20,000 bases of DNA, from NCBI GenBank assembly GCA_052055015.1, contig JBQJIT010000017.1, one strand, 5' to 3'. Shown piece after piece: positions 1-8,856 of this stretch. Position numbers and translations under genes: made by a program. The notes under the pieces are model-generated. The model saw only the letters and a list, made by a program, of their open reading frames with translations, made no database searches and was not told where the DNA came from. The stretch is from Malassezia furfur. Its lineage: Eukaryota. How positions within the stretch are numbered: position 1 is the first letter of the stretch; every line of letters begins with the position of its first letter.

Positions 1-993
1 TGGGCATTTGCAGCGCTGGACGACCTGCTGCACAGCGGCCATGCGCGTGCCCTGAACCGTGCGAATGCACTGCCGCCCAACTGGGACTACAGCGAGGCAG
101 AGATTGTGCGTGCGACACTGCAGCTGGCGGTGCGTGTGGTGCACACGTCGCTCGGCATGCGCCTGCCGTGCCTGCCGCAGGCCGCCCACGTCTGGCTCGG
201 TATCGCTAAGGTCTTTTTGCTGGAGCAGGAGCAGGGTGGCGGTCCGGACGGCGCCTATTCAGGTGCCGCGACCGGGCGCGACCTGTACACAACCGAGCCT
301 GTGCGCCGTCTGATTGAGACGCTCGTGCGCCTCGCCGACTGTGCGGCCTGCGCGGCGCCGGCGCTCAGCCTCGAGGCTGCGGCCGATGCGCTGCGCACGG
401 GTGTGTCGTTCTACCAGGTATATACCGACCTCGTCGGGCTGTACGACGCCGTGTCACTGGGCGACCCGCTGTTTGCGCTCACGCTGCTCCCGCCGCTCGC
501 GATGACGTATGCGCCCGACTATCGCCGGCTGCTGTGGAGCGACTATGCGCACTTGCTGCGCACCATCACGACGCCGCTCGACGCCGCTCCCGTCGCGACG
601 GGCGATGTCGCGGACGGTGGCGACGCGTCAGAAGAGGCCGACGCGCTATGCATCCCGCTCGCACGCCGTCTGCATGCATACCTTTTTCCGCTCGAGACGG
701 ACGCCATGGTGCTGGGCAGCTACGCCCAGGCGCTGCTCACCGGTCAGGTGACCGAAGCGCAGCCGCTGCTGCACCACATCGCGGTGCACCATGTGGGCGG
801 CGCGCTCTGGGCGTCGCTCGAGCACTGGCCCGGTGCGCGCAGCCTCGCCGTAGCCGAGCGGGACGCACTGGGCCGCCGCGTGTTTGCGGCTTCGACGCCG
901 TCGGTGGTACAGGAGGCCCTCTTTGCCTACGTTCCGGCGGACGTCATCCCCGGGGACCGTGCGGCAGTGCGCGCACGATGGGTATCTACGTAG
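1..993 (+). CDS. RNA polymerase II-associated protein 1 (RPAP1/Rba50-like), 3' part; 5' end lies outside the window
   Basis: Frame 1 is open from base 1 (WAFAALDDLLHSG...LPPNWDYSEAEIVRATL) to TAG at 991-993. The block FYQVYTDLVGLYDAVSLGDPLFALTLLPPLAMTYAPDYRRLLW resembles the C-terminal region of basidiomycete RPAP1 proteins (recognised from memory). Confidence 0.75.
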   Translation, partial: WAFAALDDLLHSGHARALNRANALPPNWDYSEAEIVRATLQLAVRVVHTSLGMRLPCLPQAAHVWLGIAKVFLLEQEQGGGPDGAYSGAATGRDLYTTEPVRRLIETLVRLADCAACAAPALSLEAAADALRTGVSFYQVYTDLVGLYDAVSLGDPLFALTLLPPLAMTYAPDYRRLLWSDYAHLLRTITTPLDAAPVATGDVADGGDASEEADALCIPLARRLHAYLFPLETDAMVLGSYAQALLTGQVTEAQPLLHHIAVHHVGGALWASLEHWPGARSLAVAERDALGRRVFAASTPSVVQEALFAYVPADVIPGDRAAVRARWVST

Positions 994-1588
994 CTTTGTT
1001 CTTGCCCTTGTCTGCGGGCCGGTCGTCGGCACTGGCGAGAGCCCCGGCGCTCGCTGCGACGTCTTCGACGCCACCGATGCGCCGGGCCTCAGTGACCATC
1101 TTGTCCGCGTACAGTAGCTGTTCCAAGCGCCCGAGCTTTTTGCGGTCGTGCCGCAATGCGTGCTTGATGTCGTCGAGCTTGGCACGCTGCCGATGCGTCT
1201 GGAGCGCGGGCGCATGGCCACGCAGTGAGGTGCTGGGTGTCTCGCCCTGCTCGATCGCACTTGCGGCCGCCTGCGACGTCGTGAGCCCGAGCGTGTACAC
1301 GGACGGCTCCGCGCGCAGGCACAGGTCGGTAAGGAAGTCGATCGTCATTTCCTCGAGCACTGCGATGGAGTCGGGCGACGGGTTCGGCGCGTCGCCGTAC
1401 GCGTACATGAGGAGGCGCAGGTCCTTGGCGAAGAGCCCCGGGTTGTTGAACGGGCGGCGACCGCGCGCCGCGAGGTCCGCGCGGTACGACGCGGGTGCGT
1501 GCTCACTAGCGTCGGCGTGCGCGCGCGCCTCGGCGTCGTACGGCGTCGCGCGTCCGCCGGTGTACCGCAGCGGGGTGGTCGGCGGCAT
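986..1588 (-). CDS. TAF13: TFIID subunit 13 (TFIID-18kDa histone-fold family)
   Basis: Motifs GLFAKDLRLLMYAYGDAPNP..SIAVLEEMTIDFLTDLC and KLDDIKHALRHDRKKLGRLEQLL are typical of TAF13. Confidence 0.9.
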   Translation of the reverse strand: MPPTTPLRYTGGRATPYDAEARAHADASEHAPASYRADLAARGRRPFNNPGLFAKDLRLLMYAYGDAPNPSPDSIAVLEEMTIDFLTDLCLRAEPSVYTLGLTTSQAAASAIEQGETPSTSLRGHAPALQTHRQRAKLDDIKHALRHDRKKLGRLEQLLYADKMVTEARRIGGVEDVAASAGALASADDRPADKGKNKAT

Positions 1589-1595
1589 CAGAGAT

Positions 1596-1601
1596 CACGT
1601 G
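1596..1601. promoter_or_regulatory. CACGTG E-box in the 46-bp divergent TAF13/GLR1 gap
   Basis: TCACGTGG; the hexamer recurs in other promoter gaps. Confidence 0.5.
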
Positions 1602-1634
1602 GCTGGCGGCCGGGCGCTCGTTCGGCGTACCGGG

Positions 1635-3227
1635 ATGCCACCGCGCTTTGGGTTCGTGCGTCTGTCCTCTGTGTTTCGCCGAGGCCTACCCCCCGTGACT
1701 CCGAGCATCCGCCCAGCTTTTCGACTGGGTCAAGTGTCTGCGCATCTCGCCGCGTCTATTCACACAAGTGCACCCGCGAATATGCCCCCTGTCCAGCCCC
1801 CCAGCGAAGCGCACTACGATCTGATCGTCCTTGGCGGCGGGTCCGGCGGCATGGGCGCCAGCCGCCGTGCTGCGTCGTACGGCAAGAAGGTCGTGGTGAT
1901 CGAAGAATCGGGCGTGCTTGGCGGTACGTGCGTCAACGTCGGGTGTGTGCCCAAGAAGATCATGTGGCATGCCGCCGATCTGCAGGAGCACCTTAAGGAG
2001 GCGCACGAGTACGGCTTCGAGGATGCAGGCAAGTCGTTCAGCGTGCCGAGCGTCAACTGGACGACGCTGGCTGAAAAGCGCGACGCGTACGTGCGCCGCC
2101 TGAACGGCATCTATGACCGCAATCTTGAGAAGGACCACGTCGACTACATCTCGGGCCACGGCCGCCTGATGGGCAACGGCCGCGTGCGTGTGTCGCCCTC
2201 GCCGCACGGCGAGCTGAAGCAGGAGGTGAACATCTCGGCTGATCACATTGTGATCGCGACCGGTGGCCGTCCCAACGTGCCGAGCGACGAGAAGATCCCC
2301 GGCGCAAGCCTCGGCATCGACTCGGACGGCTTCTTTGCGCTGCGTGAGCAGCCGAAGCGCGTGCTCCTCGTTGGTGCGGGCTACATTGCCGTGGAGCTGG
2401 CGGGCATGTTCAACTCGCTCGGCTCCGAGACGCACCTCGCTATCCGCCACGATACGGTGCTGCGCAACTTTGACCCGATGATCGGTGAAACGGTCACCGA
2501 CGTGATGCAAAACATGGGCATCGACGTCCTGAAGCAGACCAACGTGACCAAGGTCGAGGGCGAAAAGGGCAAGACGCTCACCGTCCACCTCGACTCGGGC
2601 AAGACGCTCGAGGTCGACGCGCTCGTTTGGGCGATCGGCCGCCACGCCAACACGCACGACCTTGGCCTCGAGACGCTTGGCGTGAAGACGGACGCAAAGG
2701 GCAACATCGAGGTGGACAAGTACCAAAACACCAACGTCGACAAGGTGTACGCCGTCGGCGACATCGGCGGCAAGGTCGAGCTGACGCCCGTCGCGATCGC
2801 CGCCGGCCGCCGCCTGTCGAACCGCCTGTTTGGCCCCGCCAAATTCAAGGATGACCATCTCGACTACAACAACGTCGCTTCGGCCGTCTTCTCGCACCCG
2901 CCCGCAGGCTCGGTTGGTCTGAGCGAGCCCGCGGCCCGCAAGCAGTACGCGGGCGAAAAGATCACAATCTACCGCACGCGCTTCACGCCGATGTACTACG
3001 GACTGCTCTCGCACAAGATGCCCGCTGCATACAAGATTGTGTGCGTCGGCGAGGAGCAAAAGGTCGTCGGTGTGCACATGGTCGGCATGAGCTCTGACGA
3101 AGTGATCCAGGCCGTTGCGATCGCCGTCAAGATGGGCGCGACCAAGCAAGACTTTGACGACACCGTCGCCGTCCACCCGACGTGCGCAGAAGAGCTCGTG
3201 ACCACCTACACGCCGGTCCAGGAGTAG
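1635..3227 (+). CDS. GLR1: Glutathione reductase; upstream ATG 1635 adds a putative mitochondrial presequence, second in-frame ATG at 1782
   Basis: FAD-binding GGGSGG, redox-active GGTCVNVGCVPKK, NADPH-binding GAGYIAVE and C-terminal VAVHPTCAEE. The part of the 534..3227 ORF upstream of 1635 overlaps RPAP1 and TAF13 and is not treated as coding. Confidence 0.95.
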   Translation: MPPRFGFVRLSSVFRRGLPPVTPSIRPAFRLGQVSAHLAASIHTSAPANMPPVQPPSEAHYDLIVLGGGSGGMGASRRAASYGKKVVVIEESGVLGGTCVNVGCVPKKIMWHAADLQEHLKEAHEYGFEDAGKSFSVPSVNWTTLAEKRDAYVRRLNGIYDRNLEKDHVDYISGHGRLMGNGRVRVSPSPHGELKQEVNISADHIVIATGGRPNVPSDEKIPGASLGIDSDGFFALREQPKRVLLVGAGYIAVELAGMFNSLGSETHLAIRHDTVLRNFDPMIGETVTDVMQNMGIDVLKQTNVTKVEGEKGKTLTVHLDSGKTLEVDALVWAIGRHANTHDLGLETLGVKTDAKGNIEVDKYQNTNVDKVYAVGDIGGKVELTPVAIAAGRRLSNRLFGPAKFKDDHLDYNNVASAVFSHPPAGSVGLSEPAARKQYAGEKITIYRTRFTPMYYGLLSHKMPAAYKIVCVGEEQKVVGVHMVGMSSDEVIQAVAIAVKMGATKQDFDDTVAVHPTCAEELVTTYTPVQE

Positions 3228-4211
3228 CTAGTATTTTGCCGTAGGCGCCGCGTTGTGCGCTACCGCCGTCTCAAGAAATTGGCGGATCGCCGCCCAGTAT
3301 GTGCCGGGCGCATGCCGCGCAATCGCGCAATGCTTCGGCGTGGCCCACCGGCAGAGCTGCACAGTGTCTTCCGTGAGGCGCACCTCCTCGGGCGCCAGCT
3401 TTTCCAGGTCGTGCACACGCACCGGCACATGGCGCATCGTGTCCTGCGCCTCTTGTGCATGCGCAATCACCGCACCCGGGTCAATGAATGCGTCCGCCTC
3501 GGTAAACGTATACAGCCGTGCAGGCAGCTGCGCCGGCCGCTCGCCCCACGCCCAGCTCGCGACGTCATTCACCTGGTGCTTGGCGATATCGAGGGGATTG
3601 TCCCGCCGGAGAAGCCACGCATATGCATTCATCCCATCAAACACAGCACGCGTTGAGTTGCGCATCATCCAGTGCTGGAATTGGCCCAGGTACGAGCTGC
3701 CGGGTGCCATCGGCGCCATGGCCTTGGCAAACAGCTTACCGTCCAGTAAGCCAGGCGAGCAGTCCATGATATAGGCGAGCGGACGGGGGAGTCGTTCGGG
3801 TGCACGGCACCCGTACTCAAGCAGCGATGTGAACGGCATCAGCCCCCCGTTCGAGAAGCTGTGGAACGCCACCGTCGGGCGAACGTCGGGCGATGCGGCA
3901 TGGGCACGGTCGTGGGCTTCGCGGAGCAATTCCAACGCCGCAAGCGTGTCTTGTTCGCCGCCTGGTGGTGTCGTCATAAAAGCGCTCTTCGTCGTGCTCA
4001 ACTGCACCAGCACAGTCGCGTGAGGATACAGATCCATGTACGGCTGCACGTACTTGGATACATACTTCAGCTCGGCGTCCATCCAGCCGTACACAAAGAC
4101 TGCACATGGAGCATACGCCGACTTGGCCTTCTGAACGGCCGGCCGAGCCGCATACAGTGCAGTACCGACCTGTTGCAGCGCGGGCGCCATCGTACGTAGC
4201 GTCGTCCACAT
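3228..4211 (-). CDS. DUF829/TMEM53-like alpha/beta-hydrolase-fold protein (start at ATG 4211 or 4190)
   Basis: Family motifs VYGWMDA..KYVSKY, FHSFSNGG, IMDCSPG, LYTFTEADAFID and a late His (PKHCAI). Confidence 0.8.
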   Translation of the reverse strand: MWTTLRTMAPALQQVGTALYAARPAVQKAKSAYAPCAVFVYGWMDAELKYVSKYVQPYMDLYPHATVLVQLSTTKSAFMTTPPGGEQDTLAALELLREAHDRAHAASPDVRPTVAFHSFSNGGLMPFTSLLEYGCRAPERLPRPLAYIMDCSPGLLDGKLFAKAMAPMAPGSSYLGQFQHWMMRNSTRAVFDGMNAYAWLLRRDNPLDIAKHQVNDVASWAWGERPAQLPARLYTFTEADAFIDPGAVIAHAQEAQDTMRHVPVRVHDLEKLAPEEVRLTEDTVQLCRWATPKHCAIARHAPGTYWAAIRQFLETAVAHNAAPTAKY

Positions 4212-4252
4212 TAAGCGTACTACCCCGCGCCGCCGAGAGGGGGCCACTATTT

Positions 4253-4258
4253 CACGTG
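4253..4258. promoter_or_regulatory. CACGTG E-box upstream of the DUF829 gene, next to the WDR89 stop
   Basis: TCACGTGA palindrome. Confidence 0.55.
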
Positions 4259-4259
4259 A

Positions 4260-5573
4260 TTAGGGGTACGGCGCAAAGCGCTTCTTGGGGCCGGTGGACC
4301 GTGCACGGCCAGTCGACGCACCGGCGCCCGGCACGTCTGCGGAAGAGGATGGCGCCATGGCACCGGGCGGCGGAACAGCTTGCTGTGGGACGCTACCGTC
4401 GAGCGCCCATGCCAGAATGCAGCCGTCCTCGCCACCAGTGTAAAGACGCTGCGTACCGGCGTCCCACGCGACGCTGCGTACAATGTCGCTGTGCGCTGTT
4501 GCGCATGTCTGCGCACTGGGCAGTCGGGCATGCATGGACCACTCGGTATGCATTCCCGCAGCATCCACGTCAAAGCTTAGGAGCGCCGCGCCACCATCTT
4601 GGTCGCCGGTCATAAGGGGCACACGCACGCCGTTGGCGGGCGGGAGCATCGGCAGTAAGGTGCCCGCATCCACGACGTAGTCACTCACCCATGGTGGTGC
4701 ATAGCTCGTAGGTGTACGTACAGGCACCTCTGCAACAATTGGATCGAGCTTGTCCGCGTCCCACACCCCGAGTGTCTGCATGTTGCTCACCGCATAGATG
4801 GGGCCGAGGTGCGTGCGCCGCGGATCGTTGCTGAGCACCGTGTCCTTTTCGTCCATGCCAACATCGGTCGCCTCGGTGCGCGGCGTGTACGCATACGTGC
4901 CGTGTTGTGCAAAACCGACGCGGGCGAGGCTGCTGTCCGTATTCCCGACCGAGATCACCGCATCTTCCTCGGCGGCGATAGTCGTGTCGATGGCGCTGAC
5001 AAGCCCATCCATCCCGCCACTGAGCAGCACGCCCGGGTGACGGGGGGTATCCGGATGGAAGGTGAGCGTCATAATGTCGTCCGAATGCACCTCGCTGTAG
5101 GTACAAACGGGCGCAGACGGATTCCGCAGATCCCACAGATCAATCACAGCGTCGGCGCCCTTGAGCTCTGTGCCTGCGGCAACCAGCGGTCCGGTCGCTG
5201 CGAGTGACAGGTACGGCGCGCCGCTGGGGCCTACGAGGCGCGTTGCATCGGCGTGCGCGGAGCGCGCGTCCCAGAGCGCGACGTACCCACCGAGCGACGA
5301 GCCTGCCCATGCCGTGGACGCGAAGTCGACGTTGGTAATGCCCGTGATGTTTTGGTCGGCCGGCACGCTGATCGTGCGGACGGGCGCATTGAATCGGCCC
5401 TTGTCAAAGAGGAACAGCGCCGGTGTGTCACACACAGCCAGAAGGTGTGCGGGCGACACGCTGGGCATGAGCAGGTGCGTAAAGTATGGCTTGCGTGCAT
5501 CGCTGCTCGCAAAGCGGTCGAGCGGGCGGGCAGGCGTGACGCACCCGTCGACGGCGCGCAGCGTGTCAGTCAT
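4260..5573 (-). CDS. WD40-repeat protein, WDR89/YNL035C-like
   Basis: WD repeats (ALWDAR, IDLWDLR, HSDIVRSVAWD..LYTGGEDGCILAW) and YSEVHSDDIMTLTFHP..LLSGGMDGLV. Start placed at ATG 5573 (MTDTLR). The C-terminus PKKRFAPYP resembles a PY-type NLS. Confidence 0.8.
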   Translation of the reverse strand: MTDTLRAVDGCVTPARPLDRFASSDARKPYFTHLLMPSVSPAHLLAVCDTPALFLFDKGRFNAPVRTISVPADQNITGITNVDFASTAWAGSSLGGYVALWDARSAHADATRLVGPSGAPYLSLAATGPLVAAGTELKGADAVIDLWDLRNPSAPVCTYSEVHSDDIMTLTFHPDTPRHPGVLLSGGMDGLVSAIDTTIAAEEDAVISVGNTDSSLARVGFAQHGTYAYTPRTEATDVGMDEKDTVLSNDPRRTHLGPIYAVSNMQTLGVWDADKLDPIVAEVPVRTPTSYAPPWVSDYVVDAGTLLPMLPPANGVRVPLMTGDQDGGAALLSFDVDAAGMHTEWSMHARLPSAQTCATAHSDIVRSVAWDAGTQRLYTGGEDGCILAWALDGSVPQQAVPPPGAMAPSSSADVPGAGASTGRARSTGPKKRFAPYP

Positions 5574-5641
5574 CGGCGCACCGAAAAAAAAAGCGCGGCG
5601 TCGTCGGCAGGTGGAGGCCCTCCCCCGGCTTCCCCGGAACC

Positions 5642-6467
5642 ATGCTCGGTACGTGCCTGAAGCTAATGAAGTGATTGGATTGACAGGTGGCATTGCGTCG
5701 GGCAAGTCGACGGCTTCGCGGCTGCTACGTACTCACAAGATCCCCGTAGTGGATTTGGACGAGATTGCCGTCGAGGTCGTCAAGCCCGGCACGCCGACGC
5801 TGCGCCGGCTGGTCGAGACGTTTGGCACCGACATCCTCAACGAAGACAAGTCGCTGAACCGCGGTGAGCTCGGCCGCCGTGCGTTCGGCGACAAGGAAAA
5901 GACGAAACTACTGAACAAGATCACGCATGGCGCAATCCGCCGCGTGATGCTCTTCCGCCTGATCAAGCTCTGGCTGACGGGCGCACGGTGTGCCGTGGTG
6001 GACACGCCGCTGTTGATCGAGGCGGGATTGTACAAGTGGTGTGCGCTAACCGTGCTGGTGTGGTGGTACGTGTGTCATGGGGCTAACGCAGTACGGAAGA
6101 ACAGCAACTGGAGCGCATGCTCAAGCGCGACGGCCCCACCAAGGGCCTGACCGAGGCCGATGCGCGCGCACGCCTCGCGTCGCAGCTGCCGCTCTCGGAG
6201 AAGCTGCGGTACGCGGACAAGGTGATCGACAACTCGACTCACTACGGGGACGGCTCGACGCCGCTGCGTGAGGAGGTCGAGGCGCTCGTCGCCAACCTGC
6301 GCTACGACCAGCACTCCGTGCCGAGCACCCTTGCATGGTTGCTCAACTGGCTGCTGCCGCCCGTCGGCCTGCTGTGGGGCCTACTGGCTGCGCTGCTGCA
6401 CGCCCGGCGCATCCAGCTGCATCACAACCAGCAGCTGTTGGCCGAGGGGAAGAAGAAAGACGAGTAG
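5642..6467 (+). CDS. CAB5: Dephospho-CoA kinase; exons 5642-5648, 5672-6065, 6092-6467 (258 aa)
   Basis: Splicing gives the N-terminus MLVIGLTGGIASGKST (P-loop), then DTPLLIE, VWCTEEQQLERMLKRD, ARARLASQLPLSEKLRYADKVIDN and a C-terminal hydrophobic helix. Confidence 0.92.
5649..5671 (+). other. Spliceosomal intron, 23 nt (CAB5 intron 1)
   Basis: GTACGT..GCTAAT.GAAG. Removal joins ATG CTC G|TG ATT GGA to give the canonical CoaE start MLVIGLTGG. Confidence 0.88.
6066..6091 (+). other. Spliceosomal intron, 26 nt (CAB5 intron 2)
   Basis: GTACGT..GCTAAC.GCAG. Removal repairs the frameshift between ORFs 5161..6150 and 6117..6467. Confidence 0.92.
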
Positions 6468-8105
6468 CTATGTAGTGGGATTATTTGCGCCCTTGGTCGT
6501 GCTGGGCGCCTTGACGCGCGTCGGGGGGATGGGCATGGAGCCGGGGAACGGCACGCGCAGGTTCCAGTTGCGCTCGAGGTGCAGTTGGATGTCCTTGACC
6601 TCGAGGCGGTCACCCTTGCGGTGCTTGGCCAGGCGACACCCGAACGACGTCACGCTTTCGATAAACTCGTCGGCAATCTCGAGCAGCAGGTCCTCGACAT
6701 CGCCCTCGAGCTGCTCGTTTGGGTCAATCTCACTGACCAGCTCCTGCACTTTGCGCTTCGTCAGCAGCCGGTTGTTGCCGCTCGCCGCACCGAGCCCAAA
6801 CTGCGCCGCGGGGCCCGGACCCAGCACATCACCCAAGTTCGCGGCAAACCCGTCGCTGTCCAGGCTCAGATTCAGGCTCTCGTCTACCGCCGCACTGTCG
6901 CCCGCGCCGATGCCCAGCAGGTCCTCCCAGTGCTGACCGCCGCGGGGGGTATGTAGCGACTTGCCGTTGCGGCCCACCGGGTTCGGGCGGACCAGCACGG
7001 GCGGCGTCCCAGTCACCGGTGGCGTGCCGAGGCCCTGCGTCAAGGTCGGGTGCGGGCCGTGCGCGTTAGGGTACGGCTGCGGCGTCGAGGTATGTTGGGC
7101 GATCAGGTTCGCAAGCGCACCCGTCGACGATTGGGGCGTGCCGCCGCCCGTGGGCAGCAGCGACGAGGGCTGCGCAATGCCGGTAAGCGGAGTGCTTGAC
7201 GACGCGCCACCCTGTGCATGCGAGCGCAGCGCCCCGGCCGTCTTCGACGAGGGCGTCTCAGGTGCCGCCTTGTTGCCGCCCGCGTCGGCGGCGAGCTTAC
7301 CGGCGGCCTTGGCCGTGGATTGCGGCGTGCTTGGCGCATTGCTCGGCGTGCTTGGCCCCGGCGTGTGAGCCGCTTTGCCGCCCGACGGCTGCGCCTGCAT
7401 CGGCGGCGCCTGCGGCTGCGGCGCAGGCTGCGGCGCCTGAGGCTGCGGCGCCTGCTGCGCCTGCGACGGTTGTTGCTGTTGCTGCTGCTGTTGCTGCTGT
7501 TGCTGCTGCTGCTGCTTGTGCTGCTGGAGCAGCATCTGGTACTGCTGCTGGTCCTTGGCCCGCGCCTGCTCGCGAGCCAGAGCGACCTGACGCGCCAGGC
7601 TCATTTGCTTCGTCTTTAACTCATTGTACAGGTTCTGCTGCTGTTGCTTCTCCTGCGCGGAGAGATTGGGGTTCCGCAGTGACGCCTCGAGGTGCGAGAT
7701 GTTGAGCATGAGCGGCGACATGACCTTGTTGAACTGCTCCATCAACATCGCCTCGTGCTGCGGCATCTGCGCTTGCGGCACGGCGTTCTGCATCGGCTTC
7801 GGCTGCGCGGCAAACGAGCCCTGCTGTGCCGATCCCGCGGCGTCAGGGAACGTCTGGGGCATTGGGCGCTGCTGCACGTTTGGCTGGGTGGCCGCGCGCT
7901 GTTGCGACCCGAGGATCGCGCGGATCTGCTGCAGCTGCTCGGGGCTCACTTTGCCCTCGCGCGCCGCATTGACGATCGCCGTGAGCCCCTCTGGGTTGTT
8001 CGCAAGCAGCGGCTGCAGGCCCTGCATTGCGCTCGCGGGCAGGCCACCGCGGCCTGCCATGTTGGGCGGCACGCCGCCATTGCCTCCGGGGCCGTTGGAG
8101 CCCAT
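6468..8105 (-). CDS. TAF12: TFIID/SAGA subunit TAF12 with Q/P-rich N-terminal region
   Basis: C-terminal histone fold RLLTKRKVQELVSEIDPNEQLEGDVEDLLLEIADEFIESVTSFGCRLAKHRKGDRLEVKDIQLHLERNWNLRVP. Start placed at ATG 8105 (MGSNGPGG). Confidence 0.93.
   Translation of the reverse strand: MGSNGPGGNGGVPPNMAGRGGLPASAMQGLQPLLANNPEGLTAIVNAAREGKVSPEQLQQIRAILGSQQRAATQPNVQQRPMPQTFPDAAGSAQQGSFAAQPKPMQNAVPQAQMPQHEAMLMEQFNKVMSPLMLNISHLEASLRNPNLSAQEKQQQQNLYNELKTKQMSLARQVALAREQARAKDQQQYQMLLQQHKQQQQQQQQQQQQQQQPSQAQQAPQPQAPQPAPQPQAPPMQAQPSGGKAAHTPGPSTPSNAPSTPQSTAKAAGKLAADAGGNKAAPETPSSKTAGALRSHAQGGASSSTPLTGIAQPSSLLPTGGGTPQSSTGALANLIAQHTSTPQPYPNAHGPHPTLTQGLGTPPVTGTPPVLVRPNPVGRNGKSLHTPRGGQHWEDLLGIGAGDSAAVDESLNLSLDSDGFAANLGDVLGPGPAAQFGLGAASGNNRLLTKRKVQELVSEIDPNEQLEGDVEDLLLEIADEFIESVTSFGCRLAKHRKGDRLEVKDIQLHLERNWNLRVPFPGSMPIPPTRVKAPSTTKGANNPTT
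7470..7514 (-). repeat. CAG/CAA trinucleotide repeat encoding Q15 in TAF12
   Basis: 15 consecutive Gln codons, seen on the plus strand as a (CTG/TTG)n run. Confidence 0.95.
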
Positions 8106-8126
8106 CGTGGTCGTGGCAATGAAAAG

Positions 8127-8132
8127 CACGTG
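8127..8132. promoter_or_regulatory. CACGTG E-box in the 56-bp divergent TAF12/MTQ2 gap
   Basis: GCACGTGAC. Confidence 0.55.
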
Positions 8133-8161
8133 ACACCCGCGTCGCGTCGCGCACGGCCAGC

Positions 8162-8856
8162 ATGCTGCCGACGCCGGACATCGCGCATGTGCGCCGCACG
8201 TACGGCGACGAGGTGTACGATCCGGCGGAGGACACATTTGCGCTCATGGATGCACTGGAGCAGGATGCACCGGGGCTTCAGAACACGTCGCTGTGCGTCG
8301 AAATCGGCAGTGGCAGTGGGTGCGTGTCGACGTTCGTAGCGCAGCTCGTGGGACCGCACGCCGCGTACGTGTGCACCGATATCAACCCGGCAGCTACGCT
8401 GTGCACACGCGAGACGGCGGAGCGCAACCATGTGGCGCTTGACGTTGTACGTGCGTCGACTCTCGACGGCCTGCGGCTTACAGGGCTCGTAGATCTGTTG
8501 CTGTTCAATCCACCGTACGTCGTCACCAGCGACGAGGAAGAGGCCGCGGCGCAGGCGCATGCAGCTCTTGCCGGCGCGTGGGCAGGCGGCACGTACGGAA
8601 CTGCGCTGCTCCAGCGCATGATCGACGATGGCGTCTTTGAGGTACGTCGTCCTCAGCTCTCACGCAGCGCACTTTGCGATCTGGCGGACGCCTGTATGTG
8701 GTGACGATCAAGCAAAACGACCCAGAGGAGCTCGTGCGCCAGCTCGCCGCGCACGGCTTTGATGCCGACGTACGTACACTGCTCCTTACCCAGATCGTGC
8801 TGCGCCGCCGCGCAAATCGTGAATGGCTACATATCCTACGTGCAATCAAGTCTTAA
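8162..8856 (+). CDS. MTQ2: eRF1 glutamine methyltransferase catalytic subunit (Mtq2/N6AMT1/HemK2); exons 8162-8641, 8668-8769, 8794-8856 (214 aa)
   Basis: MLPTPD..VYDPAEDTFALMDALE, SAM motif VEIGSGSG, LLFNPPYV, AWAGG, GGRLYVV..N.PEE and RRRANRE. Confidence 0.92.
8642..8667 (+). other. Spliceosomal intron, 26 nt (MTQ2 intron 1)
   Basis: GTACGT..CTCAC.GCAG. Removal joins GVFE|RTLRSGGRLYVV and repairs the frameshift. Confidence 0.9.
8770..8793 (+). other. Spliceosomal intron, 24 nt, in-frame and stop-free (MTQ2 intron 2)
   Basis: GTACGT..CTTAC.CCAG. Removal gives GFDAD|IVLRRRANRE; retention would insert VRTLLLTQ. Confidence 0.75.

Noticed and set aside
534..1634. Apparent 367-aa N-terminal extension of glutathione reductase (897-aa ORF)
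   Set aside because: It overlaps RPAP1 out of frame and TAF13 antisense, and has Arg/Ala-rich shadow-ORF composition typical of high-GC DNA.
1925..1950. GTACGT donor-like site inside GLR1
   Set aside because: It encodes the invariant GGTCVNVGC redox motif and has no suitable branch site or acceptor.
1686..3176. 496-aa antisense ORF over GLR1
   Set aside because: In-register antisense frame kept open by strong GC3 codon bias; no recognisable domain.
3225..3656. Stop-codon readthrough context TAG-CTA after GLR1 (possible cryptic peroxisomal isoform)
   Set aside because: The known efficient motif is TGA-CTA. Here CTA is the neighbour's stop codon, and readthrough would give a long antisense-derived tail ending HSTR, not a PTS1.
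7400..7520. Repetitive GCT/GCG-rich tract as a possible non-coding repeat array
   Set aside because: It is the polyQ and QAPQP coding region of TAF12, a common feature of this subunit.
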